DNA of 59,214 nt, filler included, from Jimgerdemannia flammicorona (lineage: Eukaryota): the NCBI GenBank assembly GCA_003990765.1. It is 3 parts of 3 records of this genome, joined end to end, with 100 filler letters (N's around TTAATTAATTAA, not from the genome) between each part and the next. Parts side by side here need not be neighbours in the genome. Positions count along the whole stretch, not along the records: positions 19,776 to 39,445 come from RBNJ01001877.1; positions 39,546 to 59,214 come from RBNJ01001878.1; 1 more part is not named here. One strand, 5' to 3'. The notes under the pieces were generated by a model. The model did not search any database. It saw only the letters and a list, made by a program, of their open reading frames with translations, and was not told the origin of the DNA. The position numbers and the translations under genes are program-made. Positions 37,311-49,280 of this stretch are shown one piece after another; the stretch's first letter is position 1, and the number at the start of each line of letters is the position of its first letter.

Positions 37311-37449
37311 GTTCTTTATTTTCCTGATTTACTTCCTATATATTTCCAATTTCATTTTGATTTCTGATTCCTAATTATGTTTCTATTTATTTATTCAAAA
37401 TATATATCTTAGATGTGCAATATTTTTTTTTTGATACCTTGTAGCTTAA

Positions 37450-37800
37450 AGGCAGATTAAAGATGGGTCTGTGTCAGGTTAAATATAGATCAGAGTCAGG
37501 TCACATATATTTCTTGGGTTGGGTCATATATATTTCTCAGGTTTGGTTAAAGACAGATTATGTATAATTTCAGATCAGGTTAAAGATGGATGATGTATGT
37601 TTCCAGGTCAGGTTAAAGATGGGTGATATATAATTCCAGGTCAGGTTAAAGACGGGTGACATATAATTCTAGATCAGGTTAAAGATGGGTGATGTATAAT
37701 TCTAGGTCAGGTTAAAGATGGGTGACATATAATTCCAAGTTGGGTTAAAGATGGGTGACATATAATTTCAGATTGGGTTAAATATATACATGGGTTAACT
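37450..37800 (-). repeat. hAT right subterminal 33-bp array
   Basis: GGTCAGGTTAAAGATGGGTGATGTATAATT units, inverted relative to the left array. Confidence 0.85.
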
Positions 37801-39399
37801 TGGGTTGTGATACACTATCTGCAGCTAGAGTTGAGTGGGAGATGGGACTTCTTTCTCTTGAACCATACTGACCAAAAGGTCTAGGTGAAAATTGGATCCC
37901 TATGGTGCAGAGGAAGGGGGGCCATCAGTGTCTCAAGGTTGGGTGTACCAGAAGCAGTAAGAGAAGAGGAGTCCAATGGTGTTGAGTTGTTCTAACCTCA
38001 AGGCTATAGTTTTTAAGTATTTAAGGTTTTCATCATTTCATGGGCCAGACAGTATGATGCAGGCTCTGGGAGCCACTGGCAAGATCTCAAAGAGATGTGG
38101 AGTCTTTTATCTAGTGACATGGCTAGCTTTGTAGTGAGCATCCAACTTACTGGCATGCTCTGGTGGGCTGGAGGACATGGGCCAGACCCTTAGGCTTTCT
38201 TTCACTCAGAGGGGACTCTCACTACATCCTCAAGGCATAGAGGTATACTGGGAGATTTTGGAAGGTGCTTAGAGGATTTTGGAAGATGCAGCTGATGATT
38301 GGCTAAGGTGGATGAGGTGATTTCGACACATAGTATAATGGCGACTGGTGATTGATGGATGTCAGATAGTGTAATTCAAGATGGCAGTGACAATCAGGCC
38401 AGGTGATTGGCTAGTGATGGTGTGATGATCAGCAGGGGGATCAGCAGGGTGACTACTTCACCACTTTGGAGAGGGAGGAGCTGATAGGCTAGGTGCATGC
38501 TGCAGGAGTACTCAAGATATTAGAGTCATGTCCAGTAGCCCTTTAGAGTAAGACCAGATATGATGGCAGTACCATTTGAGATACTGGTGTCACAAGCCAG
38601 ACAGTGACTTCTGACTCAGAGTTGGGCAGGGAGAGCAGCAGTCAGATGGTAGACCCATTTGTTAAGTATGTAGATTGGTACTGGGCAGCCAAGGTAGGGT
38701 GGAGTAACTTATGGTTGGGGATTTATCAGGCCTACATGCCATTTCATTTCTCTTCATTGTATATATTATTTGTATGAGGGGGCTGGTTGTGGCCTTGGTG
38801 GGGCATTGTTATTAGTAAGGAGAGAGGGGTGAGAGCAGCTCAGAGCAGAGAGAACCAGGCCCTGGCCACTTTGGCCTTGCCAAGGTTAGATATTGGGTAG
38901 CCCAAGGCTATTCTTTTCAGAGCCTGACCCCACTTACTTTCTTGTCAGGTAATCCAGGGGATGTTTTTCCACTATTCGCTATATAACTATATTCGGAATA
39001 ACTGAGTGTAGAAAAAAAAAAAAAAAAAAAAAAAAGTTGAGTGAAAGATAATTGATGGGGGGGGGGAGAGGTACAGAAATGTGGATTTATATTAGATATA
39101 ATGGATCTATGGATGGCAATTATAGATTGATGTATATTTATAGCTAAAGTGAGATGATTTGAGAGGAGAGAAGGGGGGGTTAGTAGTAAGATTATTCTAT
39201 TGTAGGAGGAATACAGATCATCAGGTGTGTGGAGAGGGAAACCTATGGATGACAATGTATACATTAATTGATTGATTGTCAGTGGCTAGAGTGTGAGTGT
39301 GTGACCAATGTTACTGATGTAATGGTGAGATACTGATAAAGGAAAGATTAGCAGGAGGGTGCTGAGTAAGGGTCAGGGGGAGATTGTTGAGATTATTGA

Positions 39400-39445
39400 T
39401 TTTTTTTTTTTTCTTTTTTTTTTTATAGTCACTCAGACTCCTTCC
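39400..39445 (-). mobile_element. 3' tip of another LINE, cut by the gap
   Basis: poly(T)-ATAGTCACTCAGACT matches the LINE termini at ~23897 and ~30550. Confidence 0.7.
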
Positions 39446-39545
39446 NNNNNNNNNNNNNNNNNNNNNNNNNNNNNNNNNNNNNNNNNNNNTTAATTAATTA
39501 ANNNNNNNNNNNNNNNNNNNNNNNNNNNNNNNNNNNNNNNNNNNN
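39446..39545. other. Artificial contig spacer
   Basis: N44-TTAATTAATTAA-N44. Confidence 0.98.
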
Positions 39546-42387
39546 GAGGCCCAGGGGCTGATAGCTTGCTTGATGATTCCGGCTTCTTCCATTTCCTTGA
39601 GTTCTGCTTGCAGCCACTCTCTGTAGGCAGGTGGTATGGGTCTGGCTTTCTGGTAGATGGGCTTGGTATCACCAGTGTCAACTTCATGGTAGTACTTGGG
39701 TTCTTGATTGTAGATATCCCTGAAGTCTGTAGCAAGTACTCCTTCGTTCTGGTGCAGGATCTTGAGAAGTTGTTCCTCCAGGGGAAAGTTTTCTCCAATG
39801 GTATATGTGTACTTGTTCTGGTTCTTGTCTTTCTTGTGCTCAAGTTTGGTAATCTTGGTGGTGGCATAGGCTCCTCTTCCAGTAGATCCAAAGCCTTGTT
39901 CTTCTCTCTTGGTCTTGATGAGTTCGATGGCTTCTATGATCTTGGGCTTCTTGACTTCATGGATCAGCATCTGGCCAATCCTGTCATGCTTCTTGACTTC
40001 GAAGGGGGTGGTGTGGTTGTGATTTCTGACTATGAGGAAGATCTCGCCAGTGTAATCAGGGTCAATTACTCCTCCTTCAACTGAGATTTCGCTTTTGGCC
40101 AGACTGCTCCTGGTCTTGATAATTCCAGCATGGTTTTCTGGCAGCTTGACTCCAATTCCAGTACCAAGTAGGGTGGTGGTCTGTGGTTCGAGGGTAGTAT
40201 CTTGAATGCTGGCAAGGTCCATTCCTATGGCTCCTTCAGTCTTGTATTCTGGGATCTTGGCTTCGGGGTGAAACTTCTTGACTTTGAGGGTGATGTCTGA
40301 TTCTTGTTCCTCCTCATCGTCACTATCAGCTTGAAGCTCTGGGGGCTGGTCATCTTCTTCGGCTTTTCTTTTTGCTTCGACGGCTTCTTGCTCATATTTC
40401 TGTTGGCAGATTTTCCTGACTTCACTGATACAGAACCAGTAGTCATTCAGGTGTTTGGAGCAGTACATCCTAGTACCATGGGGGCATCTTCCTTGAGAGG
40501 CATAGCCATTGATAATCTTGTTGTACCACTGCTCATCTGTGAGCTTGGGTGTCTTGCTCTTGTTCTTGTTCTTGTTCACCAAGTGCATGAAGACCTCTGT
40601 GTCTTCTTTATCTCCTTCCTTCATGTCTGGTAGGACTCCTTTGTGGACATTGATAGAGACTCGTACCTTTCTTCCTCTATAGTTGATCTGCATCTTCTGG
40701 GCATTGAGGTCAATGATGGCCTTGGCCTTGTGAAGCCATTGATTGCCAATAAGGATGTCATAGTTGGTGGTGCTTGTAACAATCACATCTACTGGGATGG
40801 TAGCTCCTCCTATCTTGATGGAGACTTCTCAGATTTTGCCAAGGGGGGTAGCTCGTGTACCATCTGCTGTGACATAGACCATCTTGGTGGACTCTTCAAT
40901 GTCCCAACCTAGGCAGTCAATTGCCTTCTTGCTCATGAGGCATCCTCCAGCACCAGTATCAATGATGGCATCAAAGATACAGTCTTTGATCTGGCAGGGG
41001 GTATAGGCTGATGTCTTGCACTGGTCTTCGGATTCTTCACCTAAGTTCTCGGATTCTTCCTGTGTATTGTGGGCTTCTACAATCTTGTACTCTTGATTCT
41101 TGGCTGTAGTTGCAAGTCCTACTCTCAACTGCTGTCTGAAGGCAGGGACTTCAGCTAGCTGTCCAAAAGTGGCATTGACCTTCTGTTCCTTGAGGTTCTT
41201 GTAGATGTCATACTGGTGGATCTTGGTCTTGCGCAGCTTCTGTTCCTTCTTGCTTTCGCTTTCTCCTGAAACTGGAGTAGTGCCTTCAATGATTTGGTGG
41301 GCAGCTTCATCTAACTCCATATCTTGGTCAATCTCCTTGGGTTGAGTCTTGCTTTGAATAGTGACAGCTGGAGTCTTCTTTGGTCTTCCAACTGGCTTGC
41401 TATTGCTCTTCTTGTCATAGGGCTTGGACCAGGTTCTGGTACCTTCAGTAGTAGGGTAGAATTCGAGCTCCTTGTAGTATTCTTCATCATCAGTGTCACC
41501 AATCTCCTCGATGACTACTGTATTGGTTTGTTCTCTAGTTCTGCTAGCATTGCTTGGTTGGACTTTGCGTCTTGTTTTGGTCATGCAACTCTTTGCATAG
41601 TGGCCTTCTTCTCTACATCTGAAGCATGTGATATTACGTTCTTCTGTAGCAGCTGCAAATCTTGCACTGGTCTCCTGTTAGTGCTTCAGACTTCTCTAAC
41701 AATATCACCAAGGTGTGCAGTCATCTCGGCAAACTGCTTGGCGAGTTCTTCCACTGGGTCAGCTTTGGCTGTCTTGGGGGTAGGTGAGGTTGGTTGTCTG
41801 TTTACAACTGTGGTGGGTAGGATACTAGTTGGCTTTGATGGCTCTATCTTGATGCCAGTTATTTTCTCTATTGAGTGTTCAGCAGGATGTCTGGCAGTCC
41901 AATATCTCTGTGCAAAGACCACTTTCTGATCAAGGGTCAGTGCAGCTGGGGTAGACCGGATTGCTAGGGCAATTTCAGGGTGAACTCCTTTGAGGAAGGT
42001 TGAATCTGCTATTTGTTCCCTGAGGCGGTCATCATAGCCAGCCAAGACAATCTGGTGGCAGATTCAGGTATAGAATGAGTTGGGATCTTCACTAAGTCCC
42101 TGGCAGATAGTATTGAGTTGATCCTTGAGAGCTTGCTTGATCTCTTTGGTATAATATATTGTTCTGAGGAAGACCTTCATATTGGCAAGTTTGACTGCAT
42201 CAGCACCAGCAATAGTGGCTGCATTGAACTTGTCTCTAGCAGGTCCTCTAAGGCTGACTGATAGAAGGGCCAATTGAGCATCTATACCAAGGGCTCGTAC
42301 GGTGGCGAATTGTTCAAAGTCTTCAATGAAGGTCAGGATTAACTCTTCAGTAGTATATCCATAGAATGTGGGGGAGTATATTTCCAT
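39546..42387 (-). pseudogene. Family C gag-pol (5' part)
   Basis: Zinc knuckle CFRCREEGHYAKSC; PR IIDTGAGGC; GRCPHG module; dUTPase GAIGMDL/RSSLAK/GVIDPDYTGEI/GFGSTG at ~39870-40290; RT start ISPWA. A few stops and one frameshift near 41665. Confidence 0.92.
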
Positions 42388-42490
42388 CTTGTCTTGAATT
42401 CTTGCAGGTGTGACTCTTGTAGTCAGGGTAGTTGTTGTGGGGGTTATTCATTTTTCAGCTTGAAAGTGAGGAATTCATCTTAAATCACCA

Positions 42491-42504
42491 GGCAATGGGC
42501 ACCA
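42491..42504 (-). promoter_or_regulatory. Primer binding site of family C (TGGTGCCCATTGCC)
   Basis: Begins with TGG, 3 nt after the LTR end, complementary to a tRNA-like ...GGGCACCA 3' end. tRNA identity not assigned. Confidence 0.7.
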
Positions 42505-42984
42505 AGTTGTCACATAGTAGTCACTGAGTCCTTCAAATACGCCAGATTCTCTTCAAGGTGTATCTCTTAGACTAACTCAAGTTTGTTATAAGCAAGTTCT
42601 TATTGGAGTGCCTTCCCAAGGTCTTATAGTCCTCAAACTTCTTATCTTTAACTGTCTTGTTATCTCTTAGATTGCTTGCAAGAAAGTGTGTATAAGTGAA
42701 ACCAGAACTGACTTTATTTCAGAGGAAATAAGAGGGGTATTTATACAAAATATAATTCAATGGTTGCTAAGATATAAAGCTAAATATAAATTCCAATAAC
42801 TAAAACTACTAAGTTCCAGAGTCGGTACCGATGATTGTACAGATTCAGGATGCTGGCATTATCCAGTGTTACATGAGAATACTGGTGCTGGAACAATTTC
42901 GTGTTACCTCAGAATACCAGTGCTGGTATTATCTGGTGTTACATGAGAATACCAGTGCTGGCATTATTCAGTGTAACAAAGAAC

Positions 42985-43803
42985 TTAGAGCAGAAAGTTC
43001 AGGATCATAGAGGCTTCATCATCATCATCATCACTAAAGGAGATGAGATCTGCAAATTCGTTGTTTTCGCGTGCTTTGCATATGTTGATGTCATGCGGGA
43101 TGACGTCATCACCGATGATGTCATCACATTCGGCAGTGGTAGGAAAATCGGGAACAAGATCTGGAATTCTCCAGTCTATGAGGTTCTCTTCCACAAAATA
43201 GGGAACAAATGTGAGGTCTTGGGGAGATCTAACCCGGATGCTTGGGCCTTGGAATACTGAGATCAATCCTTGCAGGAATTGGTCTGGGTTGTCCTGAAGG
43301 ATAGGATGCCAGAAGTCTTCTACTTCTTCACTGTTGAGGGTGATAGTGGACTGGGCTTCTATAGCCACCCTGGCTTCTAGTACATTGATATGGCAGGATG
43401 ACAGGTCTCTGAAGTCTGAGACTCTAACATACTCCAAGTTGGGGATCGACCATGGTGCATGCCTGAAGATCTGATGGATCTTTTTAGCTATCCTTATTTC
43501 ACATATATCCATGGAAGTGGCATCTTGTAGCTCTTGGGTGCTGGCCTGTGGGAACTCTCGGCAGAGGAGGTTTCCTATTTTGTACTCCTGCCACATTTAG
43601 AGGCATTCGGTAGCAATGGTGATCCTTATTTCCATTTCACGGCGGTAGAGGATAAAGTGATAGGGGTCTGCAGTACCCAGGTTGACACTAGGAGTCCTTC
43701 TTGAGCGGGTCCTCATGGCTCTTCTGATGTCTTGGAACATCCTTTTTTCAACTGAGATACCTTGGTGGTTCCTTGACCTTGAGGTTTGGTGGGCAGCAGA
43801 CAT
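42985..43803 (-). pseudogene. LTR-encoded accessory protein (272 aa), family C 5' LTR
   Basis: ORFs 43597-43803 and 42985-43596 are one frame split by a TAA that is CAA in the sister copy; acidic tail SDDDDDEASMILNFLL*. Confidence 0.82.
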
Positions 43804-44122
43804 TTCATTTGTGGTAAGTCTTTGAGCTATTTTGAGATTGGTGGTTCTTGTTGGTTGCTGCTACTGCGGTTCCTTGATTCTTCTTTTATATTCTTCAGGA
43901 TACTTGTGCTGTGGTCACAATGACTCACAGTTGGTCATCATTGTTCATCTCATATGCCGTATAATCTTCTTGTGCTCCAATCTGGTGGCTTGTAAGGAAA
44001 AGCTGTCTCCTGTGCTGATGTCATTATTCTGGGGTCACCATTACAATATTTATATGTAAAAATGTATATATTTGATACAATAACAATTATATAAATAAGT
44101 TTGATATGTAAACTATATATGT

Positions 44123-45659
44123 TGTAACAGTGACCCCAGAATAATGACATCAGCACAGGAGACAGCCTTTCCTTGCAAGCCATCAGATCGGAGCACAAGA
44201 AGATCATACAGCATATGAGATGAGCAATGATGACCAACTGTAAGTCATTGTGATCACAGCATAAGCATCCTGAAGAATATAAAAGAAGGATCAAGGAACC
44301 GCAGTAGTAGTAACCAACAAGAACCACCAATCCCAGAATAGCTCAAAGACTTACCACAAACAAAATGCCTGCTGCCCACCAAACCTCAAGGTCAAGGAAT
44401 CACCAAGGTATCTTAGTCGAGGAAAGGATGTTCCAAGACATCAGAAGAGCCATGGGGACCTGCTCAAGAAGGACTCCTAGTGTCAACCTGGGTACTGCAG
44501 ACCCTTATCACTTCATTCTCTACTGCTGTGAAATGGAAACAAGGATCACCATTGCCACCGAATGCCTCCAAATATGGCAGAAGTACGAAATAGAAAACCT
44601 CCTCTGCCGGGAGTTCCCACAGGCCAGCACCCAAGAGCTACAAGATGCCATTCCCATGGACATATGTACACGAAACAAGGACAGCTAAGAAGATCCATCA
44701 GATCTTCAGGCATACACTATGGTCAATCCCCAACTTGGAGTATATTAGAGTCTCAGACTTCAGAGACCTGTCATCCCGCCATATCAATGCACTAGAAGCC
44801 AGGGTGGCTACAGAAGCCCAGTCCACTATCACCCTCAATAGCGAAGAAGTAGAAGACTTCTGGCACCCCATCCTTCAGGACAACCCAGACCAATTCCTGC
44901 AAGGATTGATCTCAGTATTCCAAGGCCCAAGCATCTGGATTAGATCTCTCCAAGACCCCACATTTGTTCCTTATTTTGTGGAAGAGAACCTCATAGACTG
45001 GAGAGCTCCAGACCTTGTTCCTGATTTCCCCACTACAGCCAAACGTGATGATGTCATCGGCGATGACATCATCCTGCACAACATACGCGAAATGCGCGAC
45101 CTACATGATGAATTCATAGATCTCATCTCCTTCAGTGATGATGATGATGAAGCTCCCATGATCCTGAACTTTCTGCTCTAAGTTCTTTGTTACACTAAAT
45201 AATACCAGTACTGGTATTCTTATATAACACTGGATAATACCAGCACTGGTATTCTGAGGTGATGCGAAATTGTTCCAGCACCGGCATTTTGATGTAACAC
45301 TAAATAATGTCAGCATTCTGAACCTGTACAACCATCAGTACCGACCCTGGAACTTAGTAGTTTTAGTTATTGGAATTTATATTTAGCTTTATATCTTAGC
45401 AACCATTGAATTATATTTTGTATAAATACCTCTCTTATTTCCTCTGAAATAAAGTCAGTCTTCTCAGTGCAATACACACACTTCCTTGCAAGTAATCTAA
45501 GAGATAACAAGATAGTTAAAGATAAGAAGTTTGAGGACTATAAGACCTTAGGAAGGCACTCCAATAAGAACTTGCTTATAACAAACTTGAGTTAGTCTAA
45601 GAGATACACCTTGAAGAGAATCTGGTATATTTGAAGGACTCAGCGACCACTATGTGACA
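44123..45659 (+). mobile_element. Solo LTR of family C
   Basis: TGTAAC...GTGACA, 1537 bp, inverted copy of 42508-44045; 4-bp TSD ATGT at 44119-44122 and 45660-45663; no PBS or PPT adjacent. Confidence 0.93.
44365..45181 (+). pseudogene. LTR-encoded accessory protein in the solo LTR (one 2-nt frameshift near 44675)
   Basis: ORFs 44365-44688 and 44645-45181 together match 42985-43803; TATAAAAG at 44278-44285 lies upstream. Confidence 0.82.
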
Positions 45660-45781
45660 ATGTATAGATAGGAAACTATATATATGAATATGAGAGAGTA
45701 TATATAATGAAGATGGGTTGAGAAGAATGATGGAGAACACATTAGGCAAAAAATAGACAATTTAAGAGAATAAAAAAAAAA

Positions 45782-48700
45782 CATTTTATTGGTACAACTT
45801 GGAGCCAATCATATAATCCATAGTTCACTATTCACGTTATACACACTTTTACAACACACTTTCAAGTCATTTATTGGAGAAAGGTACTAAGTCAATGGCA
45901 AATAGCAAGCAATCTGGGGTACATACTGGGCAGGGTGGCTCTAGTACATTTGACTGGTAGCAGGTGGGGAGAGGTCCTGGTCTGGGGGGAGACATGAGGG
46001 GGCTGTTGGCAGGAGGATAAGAAGGGGAGGTAGCAGTAGAGGACAGGGGTCTGAGAGGGCGAGCTTTGCGGAGATGGTGAAGGAGAGGCAGCAGACATCT
46101 GGGTTGGAGGGTTGGCTGAGGAAAGGCAAGGAGATGGAGAAGATAACAGTTTGTGGGGGAGTAGTCCTTGGTGGTGAGGGCAGTAGAGCTGGGAGAGTAG
46201 TGGCTGGAGGGAGTATGATGGCTGATAGTGACAGGACTGCCAATCTGGAAAAAAATCCAGATGTGATAGCTGATAGAGTGGCTGAGCAACTGAGGCTTAG
46301 AAGGCAGGGAGATTTGGTGGATGGTGTGATGGGCCTGGTGGTGGCTCCATTACTCAAGAAATTGATCTTGGCATTCATAGTGATGTTGTGCTTCTGGGGC
46401 CTGGCAGTGATAGTGAAAATGGTGCTGGGGCTTATCACTAAGCAGGTGGCTAGAGTAGCATCCATAAAGTTCCTGAAGAGATTAGAGGGAGTAGAGGTGG
46501 GCTTTGAGGAGGCTGAGCCTCTGGAGGAAGTGCTGAAGGTTGGATTGATAGTTGGGGAGGTATGTATTCTGATAGCATGCTGTCTGAAATGGGACCCCAG
46601 AGTGGTCCAATTGCTAGTGAAAGGAGTGCCCACAATGATGGTGGTGGAGACAAGAAGGAGAGTCAAGGAGGTTATAGCAGAGTATAGAGAGGTGGTGGAT
46701 ATTGGATTCAGAGTCTGAGAAGGGACCTCACTCAGAACTGGAGATGTGGATGTGAGGATTCAGCTAGTGGAGAAAGAAGCTACCAGGAAGGCAAGGAACT
46801 GGCCTTCGGGGATAGTCTGGAGGGCAATCTTGTGTAAGGTGATAAGAGTAAAGGGGAGTGAGGAGGAGAAAGAGGACTTGTTAGAGGTACTGAAAGAGCT
46901 GAGTAGAGCAGTAGAGCAGTGGGTGAAGGCTTGGAAGGCTTTTGTAGAGTCAACACACTTAGAGGTGGTAGATGGGAAGCAGATTTGAGTAGACAAGAGG
47001 CAATGGGAAAAAGCTCAGAGACATAAGCATCAAAAAGAGTTATTGGCCATGATGGAAAGTCAATCACAGAAGAAGGCAGATGGTATGGTGGAAATGGGGG
47101 GTGCCAAGGCAAGTATCTGGGCTGGTGAGGTTGGTGGGAGTGCAGGGAAGGAAAAAGGAGAGGACAGGAAAGCAGCTGGTAATGACTCATATGCTGATTG
47201 TATGTTTGAGGTCTGAGAGGAAGACTGGAAGGGATTGCCTACCCCTACTCCTCTTATCAGGTGAGGTCCAGCTTCCAGGAGCTGGGTGGGAGAGGATGTA
47301 CTGATGAAGGGGGCCCAGTGAGTGTAGTTTGGAGTTCCTGAGGTAGTAAATGGGGGACAGGTGGTGGCAGTTAGAGAGGAGAAACTAGTGGATGTCCCAG
47401 AGGTATAGGATGAGGCTGCGAGTGCTGGGACTGATACCACAATGTTGGATGGTGGAAGACTGGCAACTCCTGGAGGGAAGGAGGTAGGAAATCTACTTTG
47501 GATGTGCAGGATGATGAATAACCTGGTAGCTGAAGAGTTGGGAGAGGTAGACTTGAGAGTAGTGAGTGATGAGCATTGGGCACAGATCCTGCAGGGGGAC
47601 AGTATGGAGTTGGCATTGAAGACAGAGATCCTTATAGTGTATCTAGAGGAGGAAGGGTATGAGATAGATAAGGAGCAGGAGGTAGAGCTCACAGGGGTTA
47701 CTGGTAAGAGGGCCAAATACTGTTGGGCCAAGTGACATAGATTGCAGCTCTGGCAGAAGGTCTGCCTGGAGTACTGAGAGAAGTTTGAGGAGAAGGCAGA
47801 TAGAGAGATGAATGAGCTGTTGGCTGGATTGGAGGCTCAGAGGGCTGAAGAGGAGGCATTGACTGCAGAACATAATCTGAACATGGCACAGGAAGAGATG
47901 AACATGGAGCAGTAGGGATGGACTGAATATATACACCATACTTCATTATGAATAGTACAACCAATATTTTTTCTTTGAACATGAATGGGTTATAGGGTAC
48001 TTATCAATGTAGGAACATTTTTACTTAGCTAAAGAGATTGGAGGCCAATCTCTTCCTCTTGCAAGATGTCAGGTATGAGGATGATTTGGATAGACTGGAA
48101 TAGATGAAGGAATGGGGAGGTAAGGCAGTTTGGAAGAGAAAGGTTGGGATTCTGGTATGAAAAGGCAGAGGGGAGATAAGAGATATACAGAGCTGGGGGG
48201 ATAGATTGGTCTGGGGTGAATGGATATGTATGGGATAGGAGCCGGTCACAGTGGGCTCTTGTTACTGCCCTGTTGTATAGGGTGAGCATATAGATTGAGT
48301 GAAGGGCCTTCAGGAGAGTAGGATCCTTGCAGAGGCTGGGGTGGATATATTTGGTGGAGACTACAATATAGTCTGAGATGTACTATTGGATAGAACAGAT
48401 GGAGGATGGGGAGCTGAGAGTCAGAGTGGAGGACTGGCAGCATAGAAGGAAGTAAAAAGGCTGAGTGCTCTAGTGGATGCAGGTAGGGAGTGCTGGGGGG
48501 ATAGGAGGGTATACATGCATTGGGCAGAGGGCTTGGAGATGAGAATTGATTGGATTCTGATAGCCAGCTGCCGGAGCTTGGATGTTTGGAAGTCACTAGA
48601 GGTGGAATGGTGTCCTTGGTCGGATTATTGGGGGCTTTTAGGACATGGACATTTTGGGGGGAGTGAGGATGGGCCTGGATATTAGTGCCTCAATTCTTCC

Positions 48701-49280
48701 TTATTAGATGATAAGATCTGGTGAGATAAGTGGGCTGCAGACATTCAACTGAGAGTAAAGTGTTGGCAACAGAAAGATGCCCCAGTTGGTGTTCAGTAGA
48801 TGAAGATAAAAGAGATGGCCAGGACTTACTGAAGGGAGGCTGACAAGGAGGCTGGGAAATGGAGGAGGCAACAGGTGAGATGGGCTTCTAGTAGACTGTC
48901 TAGACTCTTGGAGGATTGAGCAAGACTGACAACATTGGAGGGAGAGGAGAACTGGAGATCAATGAGAGTGAAAAGGGAGGTTGGTGAACTATAACAGGTA
49001 TTGCGGGAGGAGGAAGAGGCAAGAGTGCAGAGCTTGGCAGCATGGCTCCATTGGCAGGGTTTGGAGGAAGAAGAGAGACCCTCAAAGTATCTCATGAGAG
49101 CCCTTCAGGTGAGAAGGGTGCAGCAGAGGTGAGAGGGGGTGCTTGACTCTGATGGTATACTAGTACATAGTATACAAGACATTCTTGGATCTCTAAAGGT
49201 GCATTGGAGTAGATTGTGGAGTGAGGAGGAGGGTGGGGTAGATGTGGATGCCATTGACTGAGCATTAGCAGACATCTTTC
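45782..49280 (+). mobile_element. L1/Tx1-like LINE, 5' part (ORF1 ~45895-47915; ORF2 from ATG 47948), interrupted by the next LINE
   Basis: Homologous to 23869-29738 (APLLKK, WDPRVVQLLV, MNSTTNIFSLNMNGL, RIDWIL, WCPWSD). Start approximate. Confidence 0.85.

Larger units (their letters stand above)
31729..37817 (-). mobile_element. hAT DNA transposon (6.1 kb) with cargo
   Basis: 8-bp TSD TCTGCAGC at 31721-31728 and 37818-37825; termini TAGTG...CACTA; inverted subterminal 33-bp arrays; hAT transposase remnant. Confidence 0.9.
39546..44045 (-). mobile_element. Ty3/Gypsy family C, 5' half (LTR-PBS-gag-PR-dUTPase-start of RT), cut by the gap
   Basis: 1538-bp LTR at 42508-44045 (TGTAA...TGACA), then ACT plus PBS, then gag at 42387; internal region homologous to family A. 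Confidence 0.92.

Noticed and set aside
38920..39010. Possible retroposed snoRNA/snRNA before the poly(A)
   Set aside because: Only a CTGA and a poor C-box-like motif are present, with no convincing guide or TSD. An Infernal/Rfam search would be needed.
19676..39545. Identical TTAATTAATTAA inside both N runs, and apparent continuity across gaps
   Set aside because: This is an artificial six-frame-stop linker. Expected continuations (rest of the D1 LTR, 5' LTR of E, 3' half of C) are missing, so adjacency across gaps is not trusted.
43950..44330. ORFs 43832-44059 (+) and 43950-44330 (-) at the inverted LTR junction
   Set aside because: They are antisense reads of the LTR 5' ends; one is chimeric across two independent insertions.
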